Position numbers and translations under genes: made by a program
The notes under the pieces: generated by a model
The model's input: only the letters and a program-made list of their open reading frames with translations
The model's database searches: none
Told to the model about the DNA's origin: nothing
From: an uncultured virus (IMG/VR IMGVR_UViG_3300033997_000210)
Taxonomy: Duplodnaviria; Heunggongvirae; Uroviricota; Caudoviricetes
Strand: one strand, 5' to 3'
DNA length: 64,000 nucleotides
Virus record (IMG/VR): IMGVR_UViG_3300033997_000210
Shown here: piece by piece, positions 26,882 through 37,100 of the stretch
How positions within the stretch are numbered: the stretch's first letter is position 1
How the letters are laid out: every line of letters starts with the position of its first letter

Positions 26882-26926
26882 GCCGTTATGGCCCGGCCCG
26901 CTTAGGCGGGCCGGGTAGGAGGGGCC

Positions 26927-27685
26927 ATGGCCCAGATCAGGATCGGGGTTGACCCCGACAATGTCTTTGGGCGTCAGCTCACGGATCTGGAGCAGTCGCA
27001 GCTGCCGTTCGCTGCGTCGCAGGCCGCCAACAAGGTGGCCTATGAGATCCGCGAGCGTTGGAAGCGCCAGGCACCGAAAGTGTTCGACCGCCCGACGCCG
27101 CTGACTGTCAACGCGGCCATGTACCGCAAGGCCACCAAGAACCAGCCGTACGCCGAGATCTTCATCCGCGACGAAGCCTTCAAGGGCACGCCGCCGGCCA
27201 AGTACCTGCAGGCCGAGGTGGATGGTGGTCAGCGACGCCGGAAGGGTTTCGAGCGGCTGCTGCAGAGCCGAGGACTGCTGTCGCCGACTCAGTTTGCGGT
27301 GATGGGGCGTGGCGCCCAGACGAACCAGTTCGGAAACGTGCCGGCCGGCCAGGTGACCAAGATCCTGTCGCAGCTAGGCGCGCAGCGGGACCGGTACCAG
27401 AACCAGACCAACGTCAGCCAGAAACGGCGACGGGGCAAGCGCAACAACCGTGATGGCGAGTACTTCGTGATCACCAAGCGCCGCGGTGTGCTGCGCCCGG
27501 GCATCTATGAGCGGATCGGACGCGGATCTGGCGTCCGATCCATCTTCATCTTCACCAATACCGCCGCCTATACGCCGCGCTACGACATCTTCGGCATGGC
27601 CGAGGACACCTGGAAGCGGCTGATGCCGTACTTCCTGAAGCGCGAGCTGGAAAAGGCGATGGAAACTGCGAGGCCGCTGCCTTGA
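26927..27685 (+). CDS. Putative neck / minor tail protein
   Basis: QLPFAASQAAN...VFDRPTPLT; synteny. Confidence 0.65.
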   Translation: MAQIRIGVDPDNVFGRQLTDLEQSQLPFAASQAANKVAYEIRERWKRQAPKVFDRPTPLTVNAAMYRKATKNQPYAEIFIRDEAFKGTPPAKYLQAEVDGGQRRRKGFERLLQSRGLLSPTQFAVMGRGAQTNQFGNVPAGQVTKILSQLGAQRDRYQNQTNVSQKRRRGKRNNRDGEYFVITKRRGVLRPGIYERIGRGSGVRSIFIFTNTAAYTPRYDIFGMAEDTWKRLMPYFLKRELEKAMETARPLP

Positions 27686-28014
27686 ACCAGAAAGCTTTCA
27701 TGCAGACCTTCGACGCAGTCGCATTCGGAGCCTTCCGTGCAGTCGGCGTCGCCGATGCAGCCCACTACAAGGAGCCGGGCGGCACGGCAGAGGTGCCGTG
27801 CACCGTATTGCTGGACGAGGACGTTGAGCAGTTCACGCCGGATGACGTAGCTCCCATCTCGACCACCATTGATCGGGTCACGCTGCAGCTGGCCGAGATC
27901 AGCCCGCGCGCTGGCGGCGTGGTGTCTATCGACGGCACCGGTCGCCGGCTGAAGCTGGTCCAGAAGATCCGTGCCGACGAATCCACGGCGGTGTGGGAGG
28001 TGGCCAATGTCTGA
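27682..28014 (+). CDS. Head-tail joining protein (gpFII-like)
   Basis: 110-aa beta-rich protein; synteny. Confidence 0.65.
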   Translation: MNQKAFMQTFDAVAFGAFRAVGVADAAHYKEPGGTAEVPCTVLLDEDVEQFTPDDVAPISTTIDRVTLQLAEISPRAGGVVSIDGTGRRLKLVQKIRADESTAVWEVANV

Positions 28015-28462
28015 TCGCACCCCCAGCCCACGCCGCCAGCTGCTGCTGGCCATGGAGAAGACACTTCAACAGATCAGCATTGAGAACGGCTATCTGACTG
28101 ATGCCGGTGCCGGGTGGACGCTGGAGCCGACTCCCGGCGATCAGGATACCCAGGCCGTGCTGACGGCCCTGATCGAGAAGCAACAGCGGCCGGAGAGCCC
28201 CTCAAAGGTCAGTACGCACCGACTGACCACGGTCAGCGTCATCGCCAAGGTGCCCGCCGACACCGAGGACTACCAGCGGGTGCTGGACGACCTGGTAACC
28301 GACATCGAGGCGGCCTTGGACACCCGCGAGGTCGCCCGCAACTTCCCTGACGGCATCCAGGTGCCGGTGTACGTCGGCATGGAGCCGCTTATGCCGGAGA
28401 AGGCCAGCGCGGGCTGGGTGGGCGTGTTGCTCACCTACCAGTCCCATATCCCCAAGAAATAA
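28007..28462 (+). CDS. Tail terminator-like protein
   Basis: LQQISIENGYLTDAG; precedes the major tail gene. Confidence 0.7.
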   Translation: MSDRTPSPRRQLLLAMEKTLQQISIENGYLTDAGAGWTLEPTPGDQDTQAVLTALIEKQQRPESPSKVSTHRLTTVSVIAKVPADTEDYQRVLDDLVTDIEAALDTREVARNFPDGIQVPVYVGMEPLMPEKASAGWVGVLLTYQSHIPKK

Positions 28463-28498
28463 CCCGCCGCACAGCGGCAACCCAACTGGAGAGCCATC

Positions 28499-29254
28499 AT
28501 GGCCGAAGATTACAGCTACCTGGGCAGCGGCATCGTCCTCATCCGCGAGTGGAACAGCGGCCTGCCGTTCGAAGAGATCGGCAACGTTTCCGCGTTCAGC
28601 ACCGCGGCGCAGACCAACACCATCGAGCTGGCCGACAACCAGAACCCAGGTGGCGGCATGGCCAACAGCGTGGATCGAGTCACCGGGTGGAACCTCAACT
28701 ACACCTTCCACGATTTCAGCCCTGCAAACTTCGCGCGCGCCACCCGCGGCAAGGCCTCCGATATCGCTGCCGGCACCGTTGCTGACGAGCCGGTGCGCGT
28801 ATCGGTGGGTGCATTCGCTCCCTTGGCGCGCATTGCTGCCGAGATCACCTCGGTCAAGCCGATGACGGGCACCGCCACCTATGAGGCCGGCAAAGACTAC
28901 CGCTTCGAGCGCGGCATGCTGTTCATTCCGGTCGGATCCTCGATTGCAGCTGGCGACCCGGACGGTAGCCCGAACGTCAAGGTTTCGTACAAGAATGTGG
29001 CTATCGGGCACGTCGAAGCAGCAGTTACCAGCCAGAAGTTCTATGAAGTGCAGTTCTACGGCGCGAACGAAGCGCGCAGTGGGAAGGCTGTGCGCTTGGT
29101 CTGCCACAAGGTGTCCGGCGGCGTCATCGAAAGCATGGGGCTCATCGGCAACGAGTTCGGCCAGGGTAGCGTGCCGGGCAAGCTTCTGAAGGACGCCGCG
29201 AAGGCCACTGGCAGCGATAAGTCCGCCTACTTCTACTGGCAGCAGGAGAAGTGA
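28499..29254 (+). CDS. Major tail tube protein
   Basis: YSYLGSG...IGNVSAF; strong SD; synteny. Confidence 0.8.
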   Translation: MAEDYSYLGSGIVLIREWNSGLPFEEIGNVSAFSTAAQTNTIELADNQNPGGGMANSVDRVTGWNLNYTFHDFSPANFARATRGKASDIAAGTVADEPVRVSVGAFAPLARIAAEITSVKPMTGTATYEAGKDYRFERGMLFIPVGSSIAAGDPDGSPNVKVSYKNVAIGHVEAAVTSQKFYEVQFYGANEARSGKAVRLVCHKVSGGVIESMGLIGNEFGQGSVPGKLLKDAAKATGSDKSAYFYWQQEK

Positions 29255-29676
29255 AGGTGCACGACATGGACGCCATCACTCCGCCCACTCGTACAGTCTC
29301 TTTCCGTGGAGAGGTACTGGTCGTGGGGCCGCTGCGGCTCGAGCAGCTGGGGCCGTTTATCACCGCCAGCCGTTCGACTATCGGGCGTATCGCGATGATC
29401 GCCGGTTTGCCCGAGGGGTCGTCGGCGGTCGACGTCGGAGCTTTGGTGCTGGATCTGCTCGAACAGGACAGCACCGAGATCGCCACAGCTCTGGCTGTGG
29501 TGGTGAACCGCGAACCACAGTGGGTTGCTGCAGGGTCGCTGGAAGAAGTAGCGCAGCTGCTCGAGGCGGTGGCGGGCCTCAATCGCGATTTTTTTGCCCT
29601 ACGACTGAGGCGAATGGTGGAGGCGATCAGGGCGATCGTCAGCCCGTCGGCATCGCCGACTTCGTCCAGTACCTGA
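29251..29676 (+). CDS. Tail assembly chaperone G
   Basis: Lies between the tail tube and tape measure genes; NRDFF at the slippery site. Confidence 0.8.
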   Translation: MKVHDMDAITPPTRTVSFRGEVLVVGPLRLEQLGPFITASRSTIGRIAMIAGLPEGSSAVDVGALVLDLLEQDSTEIATALAVVVNREPQWVAAGSLEEVAQLLEAVAGLNRDFFALRLRRMVEAIRAIVSPSASPTSSST

Positions 29677-29900
29677 TCGCCCGCGGGCACCGCCGGCGCG
29701 AAGTTCTCGGCTACACCCTGGCGCAGCTGCGGGGCTTTACCGCAGCTGCGGCCAGAGACGACCGGCAGCGGCTGGCCGAGCTGGCACTGGCCGTTCGAGT
29801 GGCATTCGGCGCCGATGCGGCCGGCTGGCAGCAATTCCAGAACCTGATGACCGGCATCACTCCGGCTCAACCCCCGAAGGAGTTACCCACAAATGGCTGA
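29589..29900 (+). CDS. GT chaperone extension via -1 frameshift
   Basis: T-TTT-TTT heptamer at 29589-29595; the -1 frame is open to 29900 (GYTLAQLRGF). Confidence 0.7.
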   Translation, partial: FFCPTTEANGGGDQGDRQPVGIADFVQYLIARGHRRREVLGYTLAQLRGFTAAAARDDRQRLAELALAVRVAFGADAAGWQQFQNLMTGITPAQPPKELPTNG

Positions 29901-32667
29901 GCCATCTGCCAACCTGCGTGTCCGTATCAGCGCGGACTTGGCCGACATTCGTCAGGGTCTGGGCGTGCTGACCAGGCAGCTACGCGAAGTGCGCGGCGAG
30001 GCCAGCCGGCCGTTGCCGGCGAAGAACCCGATTTCTGACCTCGGGATCTCTGCGGGCCAGACGGCACAGGCCATGCGTCAGCTTCCGGCGCAGTTCACCG
30101 ACATCTTCACCAGCCTGCAGGGCGGCATGCCCTTCTTCACCGTGCTGGTGCAGCAAGGTGGCCAGATCAAGGACAGCTTCGGCGGTGTGGAACCGGCGCT
30201 GAAGGGTGTGTCTTCGGCCTTGTTGGGCATGGTGAACCCGTACACGGTCGCTGCTGCGGCAGTCGGTGTGCTCGTCTATGCCTGGTATGACGCTGAAAAG
30301 CGGCAGGAGGCATACACCAAGGCACTGGCCCTGTCTCGAAATGAGGCGGCGGCCACCACACTGACATTGGTGGCGCTGGCACAGCGCACGAGCGAGGCGA
30401 TGCAAGTATCTTCAGGCGCGGGCGAAGAGGCAGCGCTAGCGATTGGTTCCAATGGACGAATTGCTGAGCGAAACATGCAGGCAGTCGCCAATGCAGCCGT
30501 CGCTATGAAGGAGATAACCGGCCAATCCATTGAGGAGACGGTGTCCCTCTACGCCAAACTGGCAGAGGATCCGGTGAAGAATGCCGCGAAGTTGAACGAG
30601 AAGATCGACTTCATGACCGTGGCACTTTACGAGCAGGTTAAAGCGCTGCAAGAGCAAGGACGAAATCAGGATGCGGCTACGGTGATCACGCGTGCATCCG
30701 CCGGTGAGACCGAGATGGCGCTGGCCAGGGTTCGTGCTAGTCAAAATCCTGTCATTCGCGGTTGGCGGTCCATCTGGAGCGAAGCAACAAGGGCGTGGGG
30801 CGCCATGCAGGCCAGCACCGGTGCTGGCCCACAGGCCGAGCAGATGCAACAACTGTTGCTCGCTAACCAGCGTGATGTTGCAACTATGAACAAGGGCGTC
30901 GCGGACGGCATGAGTTCCGTATGGGTATTTCAATACCAGCAGCGGATTCAGACGCGGGCTAAGCAGATCAAAGACATAGCAGCTGATATTTCGCAGGAGC
31001 GCAAGGATGCCGAGCTGAAGGCGGCGCAGGCCGCTTCTCTCGACTTCGTTGCAGAGATGGACGGCATCATCGAGAAACAAGAGTCCAAGGTTGATAAGAA
31101 GCGTGCTGAGATTGGCCGGATCAATGGTGAGGCCGAGATCGCTCGCAGGAAGGCCGTGGCCGCTGGGTTGACAGCAGAGGTCGAGAAGATCGAAGAGCGT
31201 CGCGCAGCTGCGGTTGGAGCGATCGAAAAGAAATACAAGGAGAAGTCCAAGTCGGGCAGCGGTTCAGCTGCAAGAAGTGCAGGCCTTCAGGGCTATAAGG
31301 ACGACTCGGTTCAGGAGCAGGCAACCATTGCAGCCAGCACCCAGACTCTTCGTGCACAGTATGCCGCGCGGCAGATCACTGCCGAGGCCTACTACAGCCG
31401 CATGCGGGAGCTGACCCAGGCCGGCACCGACGCCGATGTCCGCTCTCTTGAGGCTCAGATTTCTTTCCTGAGCCGGCAGAACGTGGCCGGCAAGGAGGGG
31501 ATCACCGTCAAGCGCCAGCTGGGAGAGCTTGAGGCAAGGCTAGCCAAGGTGCGCACTGAGGGGGCAGCAAAGCTGCAGGTGCTGACGACTGAGGAAGAGC
31601 GTGCGACGAAGACACGCAAAGCTGCGATCGACGCATACACCGACGCACTTGAGGCCAGCAACGTGGCCCTCCGGCGCCACCTGGAAACACGTGTTGCACA
31701 GGTCGGCATGGGCGATCGCGAGTATGAGATTCAGCAGCGCATCAACGACGCCTATGATGACAAGGCCGAAAAGCTGAGGCAGCTCACGCTGCAGCGCAAT
31801 GCGGATCAGATCGACGATTCCACCTTCGAAGAAGAGAAGGCGATCCTGCTGGCCAAGACATTGGATCGCGTGCAGGCCATTCGCGATGGATATGTAGAGC
31901 TTCAGTCTGCCGAGAGCAACTGGCTGCTCGGTGCTGCCAGTGCATGGGAGAACTACCGCCAGCAGGCCAGCAACGCCGCGCAGCAGATGGGCGGCGTTGT
32001 CGGATCGGTGTTCAGTGGCCTCGAAGACGTGTGGGTGAAGTTCACGCAGACCGGAAAGGTCAGCTTCTCGGACTTGACCCGCTCGGTTTTGGCCGACCTG
32101 GCACGTATCCAGCTCCGCCAGGCCCTGACCGGTGTGGGCGGATCGTGGATGAGTGGGGTACTCGGCGCGCTCAGTGGTGGGCTGAACACTACTGGCAATG
32201 CGGCCGTGACAATGGGTACCAGCAGCATCAACGATGAGTTGTTCCAGAGGATGCGAGGCTTCACGCCGCGGGGCTTCACCGTCGGTGGCTACACCGGCCC
32301 AGGAGGCGTGAATGAGCCTGCCGGGATCGTGCACAAGGGCGAGGTGGTTTGGTCGCAAGCGGACATTGCACGCGCGGGCGGCCTGGGCGTGGTTGAGGCC
32401 ATGCGGCGCGGGCTGCGTGGCTATGCAGAGGGCGGGCTGGTCGGAGCTATGGGCGCTGGCGGCCCGATTGGTGGAGCAGTGAACATCAAAGTGTCGAACG
32501 CTCCCGCAGGCACCACAGCTACTGCCTCGCGCAATGGTAGCGGAGGGCTCGACATTGACGTGTTGCTGGGTCAGGTCGACCAGTTCATTGGTGGGCGGAT
32601 TGCTGGTGGAACGGGATCCTCGTACTCGGCAATCAAGGGCCGCTTCGGTTTGGGAGATTCGATCTGA
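29893..32667 (+). CDS. Tape measure protein (lambda family)
   Basis: QLPAQFTDIFTSL...QQGGQIKDSFGG; GGYTGPGG..EPAGIVHKGE. Confidence 0.95.
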   Translation: MAEPSANLRVRISADLADIRQGLGVLTRQLREVRGEASRPLPAKNPISDLGISAGQTAQAMRQLPAQFTDIFTSLQGGMPFFTVLVQQGGQIKDSFGGVEPALKGVSSALLGMVNPYTVAAAAVGVLVYAWYDAEKRQEAYTKALALSRNEAAATTLTLVALAQRTSEAMQVSSGAGEEAALAIGSNGRIAERNMQAVANAAVAMKEITGQSIEETVSLYAKLAEDPVKNAAKLNEKIDFMTVALYEQVKALQEQGRNQDAATVITRASAGETEMALARVRASQNPVIRGWRSIWSEATRAWGAMQASTGAGPQAEQMQQLLLANQRDVATMNKGVADGMSSVWVFQYQQRIQTRAKQIKDIAADISQERKDAELKAAQAASLDFVAEMDGIIEKQESKVDKKRAEIGRINGEAEIARRKAVAAGLTAEVEKIEERRAAAVGAIEKKYKEKSKSGSGSAARSAGLQGYKDDSVQEQATIAASTQTLRAQYAARQITAEAYYSRMRELTQAGTDADVRSLEAQISFLSRQNVAGKEGITVKRQLGELEARLAKVRTEGAAKLQVLTTEEERATKTRKAAIDAYTDALEASNVALRRHLETRVAQVGMGDREYEIQQRINDAYDDKAEKLRQLTLQRNADQIDDSTFEEEKAILLAKTLDRVQAIRDGYVELQSAESNWLLGAASAWENYRQQASNAAQQMGGVVGSVFSGLEDVWVKFTQTGKVSFSDLTRSVLADLARIQLRQALTGVGGSWMSGVLGALSGGLNTTGNAAVTMGTSSINDELFQRMRGFTPRGFTVGGYTGPGGVNEPAGIVHKGEVVWSQADIARAGGLGVVEAMRRGLRGYAEGGLVGAMGAGGPIGGAVNIKVSNAPAGTTATASRNGSGGLDIDVLLGQVDQFIGGRIAGGTGSSYSAIKGRFGLGDSI

Positions 32668-33023
32668 TGGAAACGTTGCCGGCTGTCGCCAGGATTACGT
32701 TTGACGGGCAGAAGCGCTCGATCGATCCTTCGGTCGAGCGCACGGAAATGGAGAGGGGAGTTCCGCGGCAGCGGCTTCTGAACAGCCAGGTGCTCGTCAA
32801 GCAATCCATGATTTTCTATTTCGCGAACATCGATGACGCCATGGCTTTCGATGCGTGGTACTTCGATGCGATCAAGCGAATCGGTTGGTTTGAAATGGTG
32901 CATCCATACACTGGAAAGGTGATCAAGGCTCGGTTTGAGAATGGCGCCATTGGTGATCTTGTGCCTGACGAGAAGCTACCTGGCGACTTCAGGCTGGATG
33001 CGGTCGTGGAGTACATGCGATGA
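32667..33023 (+). CDS. Distal tail protein (gpM/Dit-like)
   Basis: RTEMERGVPRQR; follows the tape measure gene. Confidence 0.75.
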   Translation: METLPAVARITFDGQKRSIDPSVERTEMERGVPRQRLLNSQVLVKQSMIFYFANIDDAMAFDAWYFDAIKRIGWFEMVHPYTGKVIKARFENGAIGDLVPDEKLPGDFRLDAVVEYMR

Positions 33024-33294
33024 GCACATTGGCAGCGGCTTCTGAACAGCCAGGTGCTCGTCAAGCAATCCATGATTTTCTATTTCGCGAACATCGATGA
33101 CGCCATGGCTTTCGATGCGTGGTACTTCGATGCGATCAAGCGAATCGGTTGGTTTGAAATGGTGCATCCATACACTGGAAAGGTGATCAAGGCTCGGTTT
33201 GAGAATGGCGCCATTGGTGATCTTGTGCCTGACGAGAAGCTACCTGGCGACTTCAGGCTGGATGCGGTCGTGGAGTACATGCGATGAGCACATT
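32767..33294 (+). repeat. 264-bp tandem duplication
   Basis: 32767-33030 and 33031-33294 appear identical. Confidence 0.95.
33031..33287 (+). pseudogene. 5'-truncated duplicate of the distal tail gene
   Basis: Second unit of the duplication; lacks roughly the first 33 codons. Confidence 0.7.
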
Positions 33295-33745
33295 CACGGA
33301 ACGCCGGCAGCGCACCGACGACACTGCCGGCATCCTGTTGCTACTGGAGCTGAGTGCCCCATCGTTCGTGGAGGTGCTGCGCATCGTCAACGACACGACC
33401 GATTGGGTAAGTCAGGGCAAGGTCTACACGGGCTTCCCGTTCGGCTTCAAGCTGCCCGACGACGTGGGCGGGCAGGCGCCGCGCGCCCAGCTGGTGCTGG
33501 ACAACGTGGGCCGCTCGATCACCGAGGATCTGGAGCGGCTGCAGCCCGGGGAGCTGGTTACCGCGCGGCTGATGATCACCGATCGAGCTGACCCCAACGT
33601 GATCGAGGCCAGCTACGACCTGCCAATGACGCAGGTGGTTGTGAACACCCGCACTGCCTCGGCTCAGCTGGGTGTGGACTTCCTGATGCGCCAGCAGGCG
33701 GTCACGCTGCGCGCCAATCCCTTCACACTGCCGGGGATCTTCTGA
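33284..33745 (+). CDS. DUF1833 tail tip protein (gpL position)
   Basis: YTGFPFGFKLPDD...AQLVLDNVGR...FTLPGIF. Confidence 0.85.
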   Translation: MSTFTERRQRTDDTAGILLLLELSAPSFVEVLRIVNDTTDWVSQGKVYTGFPFGFKLPDDVGGQAPRAQLVLDNVGRSITEDLERLQPGELVTARLMITDRADPNVIEASYDLPMTQVVVNTRTASAQLGVDFLMRQQAVTLRANPFTLPGIF

Positions 33746-34140
33746 TGCGCTTGGCCGACGTTGAGAAGTTCGTGGGCGTCCCGTACGACGCGGACTGCTT
33801 CGATTGTGCCGACCTGGTGGTGATGGTGCAGCTGCAGCTGTTCGGGCGGGCAATCACGCTTCCGGGAAGGCGTCCTCGCGGGCTACAGGGCGCTGCCGAG
33901 CTGGGAGCGCTATCGCGGCCCTACGCACACCGCCGAGACGGGCCACCCGAAGACGGCGACCTCGTCCTGATGATCGATCAGGGACACCGAAACCCCGGCC
34001 ATGCCGGGGTTTTCTTTTTCCTGGCCCATGAGGGCTGGGTACTTCACAGCAACGAGCGCAACGGCTGCAGCGTGCTGCACCGCGTGCGCGATCTGCCCGA
34101 CTTCGGGCTGCGAATTGAGGGTTACTACGCATGGGCCTGA
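33745..34140 (+). CDS. NlpC/P60 tail assembly protein
   Basis: VGVPY...FDCADLV...HAGVF...VLHS. Confidence 0.88.
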   Translation: MRLADVEKFVGVPYDADCFDCADLVVMVQLQLFGRAITLPGRRPRGLQGAAELGALSRPYAHRRDGPPEDGDLVLMIDQGHRNPGHAGVFFFLAHEGWVLHSNERNGCSVLHRVRDLPDFGLRIEGYYAWA

Positions 34141-37100
34141 TGCTCCCGTCTACCGATCCCGGCCGTCTGATCATCACCCCGCATCCGGTGATGCTCGATG
34201 GCCAGCAGAACCTGGAAGCGGACCTGCGCCCGGGTGAGAGCCTGTATGGCTTCCTTGCGCGCCACGTGCATGGGCTGGACGGGCAGGCGTGGCTTGTCAC
34301 CATCGGCGGCCGGCCCGTGGAGCGGCACCTGTGGTGCCACGTCTATCCGAAGCACGGCCAGGTGATCGAGATCCGGGGTGTGGTCGGCAGGAGTGCGATC
34401 CGCCTTGTGGCCATGATCGCGCTGACCTACTTCACGCTGGGTGGCGCAGCTATCGCTGGTTTCAGCATCGGCACGTCCACCGTGCTCGGCACGGCCATCG
34501 CGCGCGTGGCGGTCTACGTGGCCGGCAGCATCCTGATCAACAAGGTGCTCGGGCCGAAGCTGCCCAAGGCTGCCGAGATCACTCCTGCTGACACCGTCTT
34601 CTCCCTGTCGGCTCCGCGCAACCGCTCGCGCGCCTACGAACCCCTGCCTTTGCTTTTCGGCAGCGTGCGTATTGCGCCTGACGTGGCCAGCAAGCCCTAC
34701 ATGAACTATGAGGGCGATGAGCAGTACCTGTCGCTGCTGTTGACCCCTGGGCTCAACGTGGGCCGCGTTGAAGCGATCTACAACGGTGATGCGCTGCTGA
34801 GCAGCTACGAGGGCGTGCAGGTCTGGTACAACGGCTTCCCGGGCATGCCCAACCAGGCCATCCCGCTCTACAGCAACGCCGGCAGTGTCGACGGCGGCGT
34901 GATCTATGACACCAGCAGCGACCCGAAGCACAACCCGAGCAAGTGGGTGCAGCGCACCAGCTCGCCGGGCGCAATCCGGCTGCAGGTGAACATCGATTTC
35001 CGGATCTTCGACGCCGACTCGAAGGGCCGCGAGTACGAAAACCGCGAGCAGATCCAGATCCAGTACCGTGCCGTGGGCGAGAGCGCCTGGCGCCCGTTTG
35101 GCACCTATGCCGTCTCCGGCCGGACGCAGAAGTCGCGTCGGGCCACCTACGGGCTGGACGTGGCCCCGGGCCAGTACGAAGTGCAGTTGCGCACCACCGG
35201 GCAGAACACCGACGGCAACAATGCGCAGGCCAGCTTCACCTGGACCAACCTGGTCAGCGTGCTGCCGGATACCGCCAGTTACGACGGCATCCCGCGCATC
35301 GGCATCCGCATGAAGGCGTCCGGACAGCTCAACGGCAGCCCGGACGAGGTGCGTACCGTAGCCCACGCGCAGCCGATCCCGGTGTGGAAGGGTGACGCCA
35401 TCGGCTGGGTCACCGAAGAGAGCAGCAACCCCGGTGCACAGATCCTGGCCTACGCCCGCGGCATCAAGTCGCCGGCCGGCGTTCGCATCGCCGGCATGGG
35501 CCTGCCCGACAGCCAGATCGACGTGGAGGCGCTGAAAGCCTTCACGCTGCACTGTGCGGCCAATGGCTTCACCTACGATTACCTGGTTACCGACAAGCGC
35601 AATCACCAGGCGGTGATGGATGCGATCGCGCTGGCCGGCTTCGGCCAGATCGCATGGCCGAAGGGTCGGCTGGCCGTGACGTGGGCCGCTGACGAGCAGC
35701 CGCTGTCGGGCGTGGTCAACATGGCCACCATCAAGAAGGGGCAGTTCCAGGTCGAATACACGCTGGCCAACGGTGCCGACGGCATCGAGTACAGCTACCT
35801 GGACCGCGCCACGTGGGAGGCCAGGACCCTGCGTGTCCCGGCGCCGGGCGTGACCACCATGCTCAACCCGGCGCAGGTGACCGGCGAGGGTGTGACCAGC
35901 GAGGCGCATGCGGCCACGCTTGCACGCTGGCACCTGGCGCAGAGCCTGTACCAGTACAAGTCGATCAGCTACAGCACCGATATTGAGCACCTGGCCTATG
36001 GGCGCATGTCGGTGCTGGCGCTGCAGCACGATCTGACGCAGTGGGGCTTTGGCGGCCAGGTGCTGTCCGCCACCATGGGGCCGGGGCGCGCCGTGACGCT
36101 ACAGCTCGACGTGGCGGTGCCAGGCCGTGCGCAGGCCAGCGCCTACATCGGCCTGCGCATCCCGGGTGAACGGGTGTACCGCGTGCTGAAGGTGGTGCCG
36201 TTCACCGGCGAAAGTGATCAGCTGCAGCTGGCCGAGCCGTGGCCGGCCGACGCAGCGCTGCCGGGGGACAGCGACGGTAATCCCGCGTGGGACACCATCT
36301 GGATCTACGACTTCAAGCAGACGCCGGGCTACCGCGTCCGCGTGGTGTCCGTCCAGCCGGAGAATGACCTCAAGGGCGCCGCGGTCGACGTGGTGGCCGA
36401 GGGGCCGGAGTTCTGGCACTACGTCAAGACCGGCCAGTACATTCCGCCAGAGAACGGCTCGCAGCTGGCCACCCGGCCGGTGGCCAGCAATCTGCGTATC
36501 ACCGAGCGCCAGGTGGTGCAGGGGGATACGGTGTTCTCCGAGCTGCAGGCCTCGTTCGATATAACGGGGCCTGTGGGCGAGATCCGTGTGCTGTCGGACG
36601 TTGATCGGAATGGGGAACTGGAACAGGTCGCGTCCACGAGCACGCGAACGGCGAGCTGGCGAATTCCCGGCGCGGGCGTCTACCCGATCACGGTTCGGCC
36701 CTACAACCCGGATGGCCTGGCCGGCGTAGCCGTAACCGGCACTTACACCACGCGAAGTGCCGGTGCACCGCCGGTGCTGGTTGACCTGTTCGACGTTGAG
36801 GAGCGCACAGGTGGTGTTCGCCTGTACACCTGGGGATGGCTGGATGGCACCGCGCAGTCGCCGGACTTCGCCGGCGTGGAGATTCGCTACACGGAAGGTA
36901 ACGTGCTGGCTCCAGATTGGAATGCCATGATGCCCGTCGGGCAGTCTGGCTTCCACACGGCACCCTTTGAGGCTGTAGTCCCGGCCAGCGGCCACTGGAC
37001 CTTTGCGTGCCGCTCGCGCAACACCAGCGGCGACCTGTCGGTGGCCATGCAGGTCATTCGCAAGGAACTGCGGGCCAACCTTGGGGAGGTGATCGGCGGA

